Of a DNA stretch of 64,000 nucleotides, positions 25,771-38,278 are shown in pieces. The stretch comes from Felis catus (taxonomy: Eukaryota), in the NCBI RefSeq assembly GCF_018350175.1, contig NC_058368.1:52329815-52393814 (forward strand), given 5' to 3'. Within the stretch, counting starts at the first letter, position 1, and the number at the start of each line of letters is the position of its first letter. The notes under the pieces were generated by a model that did not search any database, was not told the DNA's origin, and saw nothing but the letters and a program-made list of their open reading frames with translations. The position numbers and the translations under genes were made by a program.

Positions 25771-26699
25771 CGTTTTTAACACAAAAACAAGGTTATAGAC
25801 TGATTTCCATATTGAGGAAGATAGTCAAAATTGCTTTGGCAATTGAAAAGTGTGTAACAGACTGTCGTTGTGATTTTTTTTAAATATATCAAAAATATGT
25901 TTATTTTTTGCTATCTAACTGGGAATTCTTTTTGGTTGTAGGCCAATCAGTAGGGAGAGCTGAGGGCTTCTGTTCTCACTTGTATGTGGGAAGGGTCTAG
26001 TCTAAAGACTCTGAAGGACTTCAGTCTCAGGGTCATGGTGTTCATTCATGTTCTCTGAGATTTCATCACTCTCTCTTAGGACAGAAGGCTTTCCAATGAA
26101 CCATTCTTGGGGTCACATGTATGGCCTTACACTTCCGGCTATCCCAAACTCAGACACCTCTCTGGAATGATCCAACGCCAACAGGACAATAATGTGGTTT
26201 TCCTTACTTGGTGTATCTGCACAGTAGCTTTCTGAGCCTGGACACTCAGGGACCCATTGGAAACATTGTGACCTCCTTCTATGTTCACTTTTCCAATCCT
26301 TAGCCGCCTTAGAGCTTTCCAGGGCTTGTGAATATTTGCTATTACAACAGCAAAATAAGTTTTGCTTCCCCCATCATCTAATTTCTCGCAGCAGTGAAAC
26401 TGAAACACCAGCGCAGGCTGGCCACTGAGCTCAGGCCAGGGTGCTGGGTATGAGTCCCAGGTACAGAACGGGCATGCCTGGCAGAGCAAGGAAGGAACAT
26501 CAAAACTTGCTTCGTAAAGCTAATACTCTTTCTCCTAAAGAGGGTCCTTTGGTTTCTTTTCAAAACCTGAATAAGGGTACTAGGCTTGACTGGATATCTT
26601 TACTAACTCGGGTGGAAACAGCCCAAATGAATAGGTAAAATGTGTACTACCTGCTGTATAATGTGTTAACAAACTGGCAAGTAGCTCAATAACAAGCAG

Positions 26700-27700
26700 A
26701 AGTAAAAGTTTAAGATCAGAAATCAATGAAATACAAAACAAAAATAGCAAATCTAACACACCTTTAAAGAAACTGAACAAGAAAATAAAAAAGAGGAGAT
26801 AAAAATTACTAATACCAGGAGTGAAAAAAGTGACATCATACAGACCTTGAAGGTATTAAGAGCTAATCAGGAAAATTACAAACCACTTAATGTCGGTAAA
26901 AATAAATAAAAATGTGACACATCAAAACAGTTATGCAGCAAAAATGGTTTTTGAGTTACATCTGTAGTCTTCAATGTTTACATTAGAAAATAAAAGAGTG
27001 GAAATCAATGAGTTAAATGTCCAATTTTTAAAGTTGGGGAAAAGCTACTAATAAACTAAATAAGAGAGAAGAAAATGAATAAAGATGATCATAAAAATCA
27101 TTGAAACACAACAGGGAGATACACAACGGGGAGGCTCAACTAAGCCAAACATAGTTCACAGATAAAATTTACAATATGGACAAGCCATTGGCAAAACTAA
27201 ACAAGAAGAAAAGAGGAAAGGCACAAGTAAACAATTTTAGGCATTTTTAAATGTCATGTTTAAAAATCTGTTTAAAATAGAGGGATAGTAAAAATAATTT
27301 TTTCTTAACATATTTTGAACTCAGAAGAAATTGACACATTAAAAAAATGTACTTACCAAAGCTTCCATGAGAAGAAACAAGACATTTAAATAATTCTATA
27401 AGTACTGGGGCACCTGGGTAGCTCAGTCTGTTAAGCATCTGAGTTTGGCTCAGGTCATGACCTCACAGTTTGTGGGTTCGAGCCCCACATGGGGCTCTTT
27501 GCTGACAGCTCAGAGCCTGGAGCCTTGTTTGGCTTCTGTGTCTCCCCCTTTCTCTGCCCCTCCCCTGCTCGTGCTCTCTCTTTCTCTCAAAAATAAATAA
27601 ACATTAAAAAATTAAAAAAAATAATTCTATTGTTCTAAAGGAACTGCATCAGTAGTTAATATTTTTTTTCACAGTAACATAATAAGAGAAACAAGTGAAC
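26700..27700 (+). mobile_element. Degraded L1M ORF2 fragments
   Basis: A-rich ORF2-like phrases (agaaatcaatgaaata; aaaattactaataccaggagtgaaaaaagtgacatc; gacaagccattggcaaaact). Interrupted by SINEs. Confidence 0.65.
27407..27618 (+). mobile_element. CanSINE
   Basis: SINE body; degenerate TSD aaataattctat. Confidence 0.95.
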
Positions 27701-27702
27701 AT

Positions 27703-27903
27703 TTTATTTTTTTAAGTTTATTTATTTTGAGAGAAAGTGCATGCACGTGAGCAGGGGAGGAGCAGAGAGAGAGGGGGAGAGAGAATCCCAAGCAGGAGGA
27801 GCCCGACAGGGGCTCGAATTCACAAACCCAGGAACCATGAGATCATGGCCTGAGCCAAAACCAAAATTGAGATGCTTAACCGACTGAGACATCCAGGCAC
27901 CCC
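27703..27903 (-). mobile_element. CanSINE (older type)
   Basis: Reverse-complement SINE; TSD agaaacaagtgaacat / agaaacaaatgaatat. Confidence 0.92.
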
Positions 27904-27969
27904 AAGAAACAAATGAATATATCAAACAGTCAAGGAACAAATAGCTTTATACCAACTACTTCAAGTACA

Positions 27970-28375
27970 GAGCTACAGTCCAAGACTCCCAGCGAATGCC
28001 TGAAACTGAGGATAGTACCAAACCATGGCCATACTATGTCTTTTTTCTACACATACATACTTATGATAAAGTTTAATTTATTAAGTTAGGCACAGTAAGA
28101 AATTAACAATAGTAACAATTAGTAAAATAGAACTATAACCATGTACTCTAATAAAAGCTCTCAAAGTATCTTGTACTGGCTGATCCTTCTTCCTGTGATG
28201 AGGACAACGTGAGATGATGAAAGGATAAAGGGAAGTGAGTGGGACAGGCACTGTGACATCGTAGCGTTAGGCTATTGTTGACCTGATGATACATCAGAAG
28301 GAGGATCATCTGCTTCTGGAGGATGGTTGACTGCTGCTAAATGAAACTTCCAGTAAGGGGTGGGGTTAAAACTAC
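27970..28375 (+). mobile_element. MER44/Tigger7-like DNA transposon
   Basis: ccaagactcccagcgaatgcctgaaactgaggatagtacc and atgataaagtttaatttattaagttaggcacagtaaga match MER44. Confidence 0.85.
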
Positions 28376-28686
28376 AACTTATATCAAGGTCCTCACACTG
28401 AAACCTGACAAGAACAATATGGGGGGGGGGGAGGAATGTACATGGTTATCACATTTAATAATTTGCATGTACAATTCTTCAAATATAAACAACTTGAGTC
28501 TAGGAATAAATTTAAAAATCTCATAAATCATGAACAAGTTTGTGAGAGGTATAAGTGAACTTTTCTAAAACTGATCTCCTCAGGCTGTACTCCCAAAGAG
28601 GAAGAAACCGGCCTCTTACAAAACTGATGTCCTGCACGGTTTCATGGAGAGCCATGTGGGCCCAGTGCTTAAGACAGAATGCCCTG

Positions 28687-28896
28687 GGGGTGCCTGGGTG
28701 GCCCAGTCGGTTAAGCCTCTGACTTTGGCTCAGGTCATGATCTCATAGTTCATAGGTTCGAGCCCTGCGTCAGGCTCTGTGCTGACAGCTCAGAACCTGG
28801 AGCCTGCTTCGGATTCTGTGCCTCCCGTTCTCTCTGCCCCTTCCCGGCTCGTGCTCTGTCTCTCTCTGTCTCAAAAATAAATAAAGAAAAAAAAAA
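28687..28896 (+). mobile_element. CanSINE
   Basis: SINE body; TSD acagaatgccctg / acagaatgtcctg. Confidence 0.96.
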
Positions 28897-28950
28897 CACA
28901 GAATGTCCTGCTGTGCCTCAGGCCTTGCACCCCAGCCATCTCTCCCCGAC

Positions 28951-29546
28951 TGTGATGTTGTGATTTACAATAAGAAATATTGGAGCACCTGGGTGGCTCA
29001 GTTGGTTAAGTGGCCAACTCTTGATTTCCACTCAGGTCATGATCTCACAGGGTTTGGAGTTTGAGCCCCACCTCAGCCTCTGGGAGGAGCCTGCTTTAGA
29101 TCCTCTGTCTCCCTTGTACTGCCCCTACCCACCTCAAAAATAAATAGTCTCTAAAAAAACTTAAAAACAGAAATATACATTTGGTCTTTGACCTTATTTC
29201 TTGCACAGAGCTTCTAAAAGTCCTGGAATTTCTCTGTTATGTTAACAAGTGACTCTGGGAGCCTTCAGGGCAGATTGCTTGGAGACAGTGACTTTCAGTC
29301 CCACCCCCTGACCTCCGGAGAGGGGAGAGAACCTGGAAGTTGAATCACTTGCCAGTGACCAATGATTTTCTCAATCATGCCTATAACTGAAGTCTCCACA
29401 AAAACCCAAAAAGATGGAGATTAGAGAGTTGCCGGGTTGGTGAACATATGGAGATTTTGGTCAGAGAACCATCATTGGAGAGGGTGTGGAAGCTTCAAGA
29501 CCTTCCCACATACCTTGTCCTACGGCTTTCTTCAGCCAGGCTGTTC
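28951..29546 (+). mobile_element. MER21C-like ERVL LTR (partial), interrupted by a SINE
   Basis: Starts tgtgatgttgtg; atttggtctttg...gcacagagcttctaaaa; actttcagtcccaccccctgacctccggagaggggaga; accaatgattttctcaatcatgccta. Confidence 0.75.
28982..29168 (+). mobile_element. CanSINE (internally deleted, older type)
   Basis: gcacctgggtggctcagttggttaag head; flanked by agaaatat on both sides. Confidence 0.88.
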
Positions 29547-29553
29547 AGATGAG

Positions 29554-29905
29554 TGTGATGGACTGAATATTTGTGCACTCCTCAAATTCTTATGTTGAAG
29601 CTCTTGCCCCAGTGTGATGGTCTATGAGGTGTGATGGTCTTTGAGAAGTACTTAGGTTTAAATTAGGTCGTGAGAGTGAGGGTCTCATGTTGGATTCGTG
29701 TCTCTAGAAGAAGAAGGGGAAACCAGAGTTTGCTCCTTCTCCACCATCGGAGAACACAGAGAAAGAAACCATCTGTAAACCATAGAGCAGCGCAGCTCTC
29801 AACAGAACCTGACTCAGCTGGCACGCCAATCTCACACCGGCAGCCTCCAGAACTGTAAGAAATACACCACCGGGTCTCTGGTATTTTTTGGCAGCTCTGG
29901 CTGAG
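29554..29905 (+). mobile_element. MaLR LTR (MLT1A-like)
   Basis: tgtgatggactgaatatttgtg...caaattcttatgttgaag; cagcctccagaactgtaagaaata. Confidence 0.85.
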
Positions 29906-30612
29906 GGAGTTTGCCTCACCCTCAGTGCAGGGAATGTGCTCCTGACAAATGTAATGAGCTTTCTCCCAAGGCAGCCGGGCATAGCAGTTCCTTCAACAAA
30001 TGCAGACCAAACCCCGGATTGCACCTCTGTTGAATTCCCCTTGTTCCGGATTTGATGGTGCACATGCCATCAGAACTAGGCATTCCAATAGAGGTACCAC
30101 TTCAGCTGAGGACTAAACCAAGAAGAAGAGAGAATATTATCCTGTGTTTTTTTACTCTATTGAACATTTTCATGCTTTGGGGGGAGGGGATGGATACCTT
30201 AGACAATTTATTTCCAACTCAAAATAACCTGGGTGAAATAAATAAGTAAACAAACAAAAATAAATAAATAAATTAAAAATGAACATGGATGCATTTTTTC
30301 CCTACATTTGCAAGGCATTTTTCTTTTTTCTGAAGGAGCTTCTCATTCATTACTGTGATAGTCATGTCATTTATTGGAGTTTACAGGGAGGGGGTAGAGT
30401 TAGATCTGCCCCAGATGCTGTCTCCCAGTTCTGCCATCAGGTGACTGGCAGAGCCAGTTAGGGTTCCCCATTTCCAGCCTAGGTCATCTAGGACTAACAG
30501 AGATATGCCACACGGTGATAGCCATCTGTAGAAGTTGTGGGCCAAATTACATGAAAGAAGTTTTTCTGCCCATCAGCCCCATTTTGTATAAATAATATAA
30601 ATAGTTATTTTA

Positions 30613-30824
30613 ATTTTTTTTGATGTTTTATTTATTTTTGAGGCAGAGAGAGACAGAGCGTGAGCAGGGGAGGGGCAGAGAGAGCGGGAGACACAGAATC
30701 CGAAGCAGGCTCCAGGCTCCGAGCTGTCAGCACAGAGCCGGAAGCGGGGCTCGAACTCACAAACCGTGAGATCATGACCTGAGCCGAAGTCCTACGCTTA
30801 ACTGCCTGAGCCACCAGGCGCCCC
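30613..30824 (-). mobile_element. CanSINE
   Basis: Reverse-complement SINE; 17-bp TSD tataaatagttatttta / tataaataattatttta. Confidence 0.97.
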
Positions 30825-33135
30825 TATAAATAATTATTTTACAACACAGATCCCCTCACTAAACACCACAAAAGACAGGGTAGCAAAAGGTCTGGAGCAC
30901 ATAACTTTTGAATTGAATATGCCATCTCCTTTGAACAGACCCAGCTCTACTCTCTTTGTGCTTAAAACTCAAGTACCAGAGTAGTATTGTTACTGTTAAG
31001 AAGCCAAAGAGTCCACTTGCTCTACTCCTCGCTTAGACTTACAATGCAATATAGTCCATCAGCAACTGAAGAAGCAGGCATGCTGTCTACGTATATCATC
31101 AAAACAGTTCATCTCCCTGCACGATAAAACCTGAAATAAAACGATTCAGACCAGATGGACTGCCATTCAACCGCCCGCAGAAGGGTACAAAACATACAAA
31201 ATAAAACAGGTTTTACCTTACTGGTGTGCTAAAGCCATCTTGCAGGTACTAGCTGAAGAAAACAAACAAACAAAAAAATATATATGTATATAAATATAGT
31301 GTATATATAAATTGTGTATATGAGGCAAATTCACACATATACACACTGACACAAACATAGATACGATCTGGAAGAAAATAACAAAGGTCCACTTAGTTTT
31401 ATCTTCCTGCTGGTTTAATTATAAAATAATGTGCCGCTATGCCCCATTTTTTAAGTGTTCATTTGAAGCATATCTCTGGGGTTCCTGCCTTTGGCACTGT
31501 GTTAGCTGCGTTACAGGAGCTGACCACTGCCCTGCCCGCGCGGCGTTGGAACAGCACAGAACAAATCCCTGCCCCTTGCGCGGCAAAGGCTTACGATGCC
31601 ACTGTGTCACATATGTTTCCAATTAATCTCCTGCCAGGCTCTCTGACTGAATTACACAATCCCTGAAATGTTTTAAAGGCTTAACTAATTCGAAGCATAA
31701 CCATAGGTTAAACACTGTTGAACTATCAAACGCAAACTATATGTTTAACATAAGCAAATCGTCTCACAGATACAAACGTGGCCGATGGGGTGCTATCATC
31801 AGGAGAGGGAAATGCCTTTGTCTTATTTTGTCCTTATACCCAAAACATTATAGTGCCCATTTTTAAATACTAAAAATAAGGTACAAGGAGAATTTTCCAT
31901 TTATTACAGTATAGACAAACAATCTGAATAATTCAGGCTGTGTTTACAGAGCACAAAGTGAGGCTCAGATTTCATAAATATTCATGATTAGTATGGGTAA
32001 GCAGTCCAGATAATTCAGAAGCCATCCTATCCCTGAATGGTTCAATTTGCTGGAATAGAGAGAACCAATTTACCAGATAATTATGACATCTCCATTTCAC
32101 CACTAAGTATAGAACCAAAGAGGAGAAAATACCTCCTTATTTTTTACCTTAATTCAGATGGTTGTTTCATTTTGATTATGTGGGATTATGTGGATTTGGT
32201 TATGGAGGGAGCTTATTCAGATTCCTGGCCTCTATTTTCAACATGGTGTTTCTCTTTCGCTCCATTTCCTTATTCTCACTTTCTGCCCTTGATAGGGACA
32301 GTGTGCAGGAGAGACCAGCCCTCAGGTCCAAATTCCCTGTGATTTCTCCCGATTAGGTCATCCAGCACCTGGTGAAAATGTTACTCAGAAGGCAGTGACA
32401 CTCTCTACTGCGGGAAATGAATGGTTTCCTTTACAAGGACAGTCCAGAAAAATAGGTCAGCTTGTAATTATAAGCCTCGCTGAGCAGGGAGTAACAGAGT
32501 GACATCGAAGATTTAGGCAAAAATTTTAAAACCCCTGTCCTTTTACTTATCTGTACTGCTTCTTCTTCCAATAAATCTCTTTAGTAGCTAGAAAATTGCT
32601 CCAGAAGAGAAAGTACTGATGACTTGGCGGTGGAAAACAGTCAACGAAAAGGTAGTTTAATCCAGATCCCCCATTTTACTCATAAACACTTCACTGCTAA
32701 AATCTAAAGAGTTTTTAAAAAATCTATAACTCAGCACCATTGTCACATCTAACAAAATCAATCACATTTTTAAAAAATTATTTAATGCTCAGCTCGTGTT
32801 CAATTTTCTCCAAGATGCTTTTTTTTATAAGTGACTTTATTTTGTTCAAATTGGGATACACGCAAAGTTTGTATTTGTTTGGCATCGTGATAGAAGGTTC
32901 TTAACTCGTCCCGTGTCTTCCTGTCTCCATTTCTTCATGCTATCGATTCGTCACAGTATCAGGTCTTTGTCTTATGTAGTTACCCGCATTGGGAATTTGC
33001 TGATGGCATCTTCATGAACCTCTGTGCTATGTTCCTCTAGCCTGGAATTTTTGTGTTAACTGGTTTTAGATTTAGGGGGTAGATGAGATTTAGGTTAGAT
33101 TTTCGGCCAGAAAGCTTCATAAATGGTGCCGTGTT

Positions 33136-33242
33136 GGGGCACCTGGGTGTCTCAGTAGGTTGACCATCAGACTCTTGATTTCTGCTCAGGTCATGATCCC
33201 AGGGTGGTGGAATTCCATGCCCAGCGTGGAGCCTGCTTAAGA

Positions 33243-33276
<34 letters not shown>

Positions 33277-33325
33277 GCTCCTCTCCCCAATTTGCACTCT
33301 CTCTTTAAAAAAATTCAAAAAAAAA
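33136..33325 (+). mobile_element. CanSINE (old short type)
   Basis: ggggcacctgggtgtctcagt head, gagcctgcttaagactctc, (CT)n; TSD ggtgccgtgt / ggtgctgtgt. Confidence 0.92.
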
Positions 33326-34072
33326 GGTGCTGTGTATTTCCTTTACATCATATCAGGACAACACATAATGCATGGCTGTCCCACTTATAGTACTGTTAAA
33401 ATTGGGCTGGATATTGTCAGCCTTGTCTGCCCATTTCAAGTCTCCTTATTAGACTTTCAAATAAGGGTAGCAGTCAAGCAGTCATTGATTATTGACTTCA
33501 TACATTATTTCAACTGGAAGTTGCAAAATGACAAAGGTCTGATCTATCATTCGTTCTGTTTTTTATGAACTAGAATTCTTCAGTATAGAAGAATTTTCTT
33601 TCATCAGCTGTTTGTTTATCATAAAACATAGTTTATGCAGGAGAGTTGGTATAAACACTCGGTTCTTCCTCCAACTCCAACTTCTTTTGTTGAAATATTT
33701 TTTAGAATAATGAGTTGGTACCCTAGCAACCTCTAGTGGTGATCAATAAGGATTTAAAACATTTTTTTTAATTTATAAAGTAATAATAATAAATAAAGTT
33801 AAAAATTGTTTTAGTTAACTACAGACTTGGACTTTTAAAATGCTTGATATATTTTAACCCACTGCAGTCATTATTTTATTTGATACTACAATTATCAAAT
33901 TGTAGAGAGAGAGGTTTCCCTCTCTCTTTGACATGTCCCCAGTAGCATGATGTCTTCCTCCCTTTCTGACATAACAAAATATTCCAGATGCACCTTGTAT
34001 CTTTCCTTTCCCAAACCTGGAATCAGCAATTTCTCCTAGAATCTTTCAACATTTTTATGGGAAATAGTATTT

Positions 34073-34805
34073 TTTAATATGAAATTTATTGTCAAATTGG
34101 TTTCCATACAACACCCAGTGCTCATCCCAACAGGTGCCCTCAATGCCCATCACCCACTTTCCCCTCCCTCCCTCTCCCCATCAACCCTCAGTTTATTCTC
34201 AGTTTTTAAGAGTCTCTTATGGTTTGGCTCCCTCCCTTTCTAACTTTTTTTTTCCTTCCCCTCCCCCATGGTCTTCTGTTAAGTTTCTCAGGATCCACAA
34301 AAGAGTGAAAACATATGGTATCTGTCTTTCTCTGTATGACTTACTTCACTTAGCGTAACACTCTCCGGTTCCATCCACGTTGTTACAAAAGGCCATATTT
34401 CATTCTTTCTCATTGCCATGTAGTATTCCTTTGTGTATATAAACCACAATTTCTTTATCCATTCGTCAGTTGGTGGACATTTAGGCTCTTTCCATAATTT
34501 GGCTATTGTTGAGAGTGCTGCTATAAACATTGGGGTGCAAGTGCCCCTATGCATCAGCACTCCTGTATCCCTTGGGTAAATTCTTAGCAGTGCTATTGCT
34601 GGGTCATAGGGTAGATCTATTTTTAATTTTTTGAGGAACCTCCACACTGTTTTCCAGAGCGGCTGCACCAGTTTGCATTCCCACCAACAGTGCAAGACAG
34701 TTCCCATTTCTCCACATCCTCGCCAGCATCTATAGTCTCCTGATGTGTTCATTTTGGCCACTCTGACTGGCGTGAGGTGATATCTGAGTGTGGTTTTGAT
34801 TTGTA
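34073..34805 (-). mobile_element. Young 5'-truncated feline-type LINE-1 (about 730 bp)
   Basis: ORF2 C-terminus plus 3'UTR; perfect 14-bp TSD gggaaatagtattt at 34059-34072 and 34806-34819. Confidence 0.97.
34288..34804 (-). pseudogene. LINE-1 ORF2p C-terminal cysteine-rich fragment (open frame, 5'-truncated)
   Basis: QIKTTLRYHLTPVR...[32 protein letters not shown]...YDPAIALL...MFIAAL...KDRYHMFSL is the known L1 ORF2p C-terminus. Endonuclease and RT domains are absent. Confidence 0.95.
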
Positions 34806-35087
34806 GGGAAATAGTATTTAAAGACCATGTGGTATACCACTTTTGAACTTGTATTCCTTTTTTGGTAGGAGCCACTGCTGACTGAACTGATTTGGGCTCT
34901 TTCATGTATGAATAGGATATCCTCTGAGCTGAGAATGTCCAAGAAACTTGGTGCAATTGTCATGGCTATTTTGAGGTCAATCTAGGAATAGGATTTTGTC
35001 TATACAACTAAGGTACTACTTGTTCAATTTCGAAGAGTTATTCTACATGTACGGAATGAACAAGAATGATAAAATCAGAAGAGAAAA

Positions 35088-35257
35088 AATATATAAACAT
35101 ATATATTCTGTTTTATACATATAAACTTCTACATATATATGTAAGCATATATATGTAAATTTATGTATATGCATATGTATTTATATGCATTTATATGTAT
35201 TTATATGTATTTAATTTATATGTAATTTATATGTGTTTATATGTATTTATATGCATA
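35088..35257. repeat. AT-rich low-complexity tract with (TTTATATGTA)-like units
   Basis: Repeated tttatatgta / tttatatgca units. Confidence 0.85.
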
Positions 35258-36015
35258 AAGCTAATGATAAAGTGGTTGTCCTAAATTTGCAAGGGTTTCC
35301 CAATAAATAATCATTTGATATAATTTATGTTTCATTAGTTTGGGATAATTTTTGACCACAGTAAATGAGATTACAGTAGAAACTCAGACTCTTGATGCAA
35401 GGGTTGAGAAGTAAATATCCGTTTATGAAACAAATTCTTGGTTATTAGCTATTGCTTATTGTGGTTGTTATTATTGTTCTTCTTCTTGTTATTATTATCA
35501 TTATTCACACTCATTCTCGCAGCTGAGGAAAGCACCTGTACTATAATTAAGCAGCTCTGGGAAACCAGAACTGTCTCTTGGAAATCCCTTGATCTTAACA
35601 GATCAAGGTACATGACAAATATGCTGGTAGATGTTTATTCATAGCCATTTCAAGTACTCACATGTTACTCCATCCTCTTTTCTGATCGACTGGAGCACTT
35701 CCTCTGCGTAAGACACAATCAGAGACAGCAAGAGAAGTCCTGGCAACAGGAAAAGAAAGAGCCAAAGTTTTTCCTCTTCTCATTCCCTCTTTCCAAGTAC
35801 AGATGAGAGCATGTGGTATGTTACACACTGGTGCATAGTGACTGCAAACTTCCATCATAGATGATACCAACGTGAACCTGATCCGTTTACCTGTGGAGTT
35901 AGAATGGCTCGAATGGAATGTATAACCACATTTGAACAACTTTACCGTCTATCAAGATGTCAGCGTCACGGAAGATGTTTCTTTCAAATTAGTCATGTTT
36001 TTTTAAAATGTCTTT

Positions 36016-36238
36016 TTTAAATGTTTATTTATTTTTGAGAGAGACAGACAGAGAGACAGAGAGACAGAGTGCAAGCAGGGGAGGGGCAGAGAGAGAAAGG
36101 GAGACACCGAATCTGAAGCAGGCTCCAGGCTCTGAACTGTCAGCACAGAGTCCTACGCGGGACTCAAACTCAAGAGCCGAGAGATCACAGCCTGAGCCGA
36201 AGTCGGACACTTAACTAACTGAGCCACCCAGGCGCCCC
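36016..36238 (-). mobile_element. CanSINE
   Basis: Reverse-complement SINE; TSD aaaatgtcttt. Confidence 0.96.
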
Positions 36239-38042
36239 TTAAAAATGTCTTTGAATTGTTTTCAGTTTGTCTAAATCTTTGCCTCTTGGTTAAAGCTTGA
36301 CAATTTTAGTATTTCTCTAAATTTCCACAAAAATTATACAATTTCTCGGCTTATGGAAGTATTCTTTTTTTCTGAATTCTTCTTCATTAGCATTAAGATA
36401 TCTTCTTACACAGTTATCTGTCAGTCACACACCTGACTTCATTCCACAATTCTTTAGATTTTATTTTTCTTTGTTATATTTAAAGTCTCTAGTCTTTCGA
36501 TAAAATAACTTCAGGAGACTTACTCATTTTGAAAACAATTCTATGGGGCTACATCATCACATCTAAGTAAATGAAATTTACATTTTTACATGCTTTCAAA
36601 GGAAAAGAAGAAAAACGTTAAATTATTAAATCTTTTGTCAAAATGCTTTAAAATTCTCTTTTTTATTTGTCAGATATTTTTAATTGAAGCTGTTTCTTAG
36701 AAAATGAATTCCTTATTTTAAAAAAAACCCTCTGAATTCTTCTTTTATCTATACATTAAACAGCTTATACATCTTTTATTCCTTTAATTTTAAATGCCAA
36801 TATTTTACCTCTCGGTACTTTCTGCATAGAAGCTCCGCAACAGAATGCTTATTCTGCGATGCTTATTCTGCAATTCTTTATATAAAGGTGAATAACTATT
36901 CAAAAATGATTACAAGCTGATGATCAAAGTCTAATATACGCTATTGTGCTACAAAGTGGATGGTGACACATTTTGGCAGACCATGCACGGCCCAGTCTCT
37001 TTGCCATATAGATGGTATGATAGGAACACAGTAGTGTGCAATTTGTCACAGTGAGATGAAGCATATATGATAAAGCAAGACCCTTGAATATGGATAAACC
37101 GGTGCTCTAGCCGATTGAAGGGAACTCAGTGCCCCGACCTCAAGGTTGACCATCTAACTCCTGGAGAGAACCAGGAAGTATGTCTTTTGATTGATTTCCG
37201 TTATTCTCTCATATAGTTCCTACGTTACCGATTTGCTGGAAAAACCAATCGAAGGCACCTTAAGCTAACTTGGAATATTATTTTCATCAATCTTTGAACC
37301 CACACCAGATTTATTGTACAGCTTAGCTTACGTACAGTGAAGTATTAGACAGTGAACGACATTTAACAATTCCTTTGTTCCCAAAGATGTCAGGGATTAA
37401 GACAGAATCTCCACCATCTTCTTTGGGGTGTGGAAAACGTGGTGTGAGTTGGCTTTGTTGGTGTGCACTCACACACGTCTGGCTGCTCCATATGACCACA
37501 GTCTATGGCAGCTGTGTATCAGTGTCACCTTAAATCCCGCTTCATATTTACTGGTTGTTAGTGATTTTAACCTTATTTTTGCAGCTGAGAATACAACCTT
37601 GCATATTAAATCCCCTTACCTTTTCTTAAATCACCTGCACCCATATCTCTCCCAATAGCCAGAGATCCACGTCTCCTAATTTTTAGATATTAGGAATGTC
37701 TTCCATTCGATATGAATACCAAGTAGTTATGAACATTAGCATTTGTTTGGGCATCGAAATTAACTAGCAATGATTTATAAGGAGCAGGAATGAAGCAGCA
37801 TTTGCTGTGTGATGCTCACTACGTGCCAGTTCTTAATCTACATATATCTGTGTAAACAATCTCCATTTTAATTTTTCAAAGTAGACAGTATTATGCCCAA
37901 TCTGCAGGTCGGTAAACTGAGGCAAAAGAATCATAACACTAGCCAACAATCACTGAGCATTTATGCTGTGATGAGTGCTATGCTAAGTGCACACCGAATC
38001 CTTACAAATCCAGGAAAGAGCTGTTATTCTCATACCCATTTT

Positions 38043-38260
38043 TTAAAATTTTTTTAATGTTTTTATTTATTTTTGAGATAGAGAGAGACAGAGCATGAGC
38101 AGGGGAGGGGCAGAGAGAAAGGGAGACACAGAATCTGAAGCAGGCTCCAGGCTCTGAGCTGTCAGCACAGAGTCCGACGCGGGGCTCGAACTCACGGACC
38201 GTGAGATCATGACCTGAGCTGAAGTCAGATGCTTAACCGACTGAGCCACCCAGGCGCCCC
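38043..38260 (-). mobile_element. CanSINE (older of the tandem pair)
   Basis: gagctgtcagcacagag / gagatcatgacctgagctgaag type; flanked by tctcatacccatttt. Confidence 0.97.
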
Positions 38261-38278
38261 TCTCATACCCATTTTAAA

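Larger units (their letters stand above)
32700..34980 (-). mobile_element. Ancient L1 3' region (L1MC/L1ME-like) hosting a SINE and a young L1
   Basis: Antisense old-L1 phrases (tcttatgtagttacccgcattgggaatttgctgatggcatc; ctttgacatgtccccagtag; cccaaacctggaatcagcaatttctcc), continuing across the young L1 TSD. Confidence 0.6.

Noticed and set aside
36845..36873. Small direct duplications (14 bp here; also about 41030-41062 and 56801-56845)
   Set aside because: Ordinary slippage-type micro-duplications with no shared motif.
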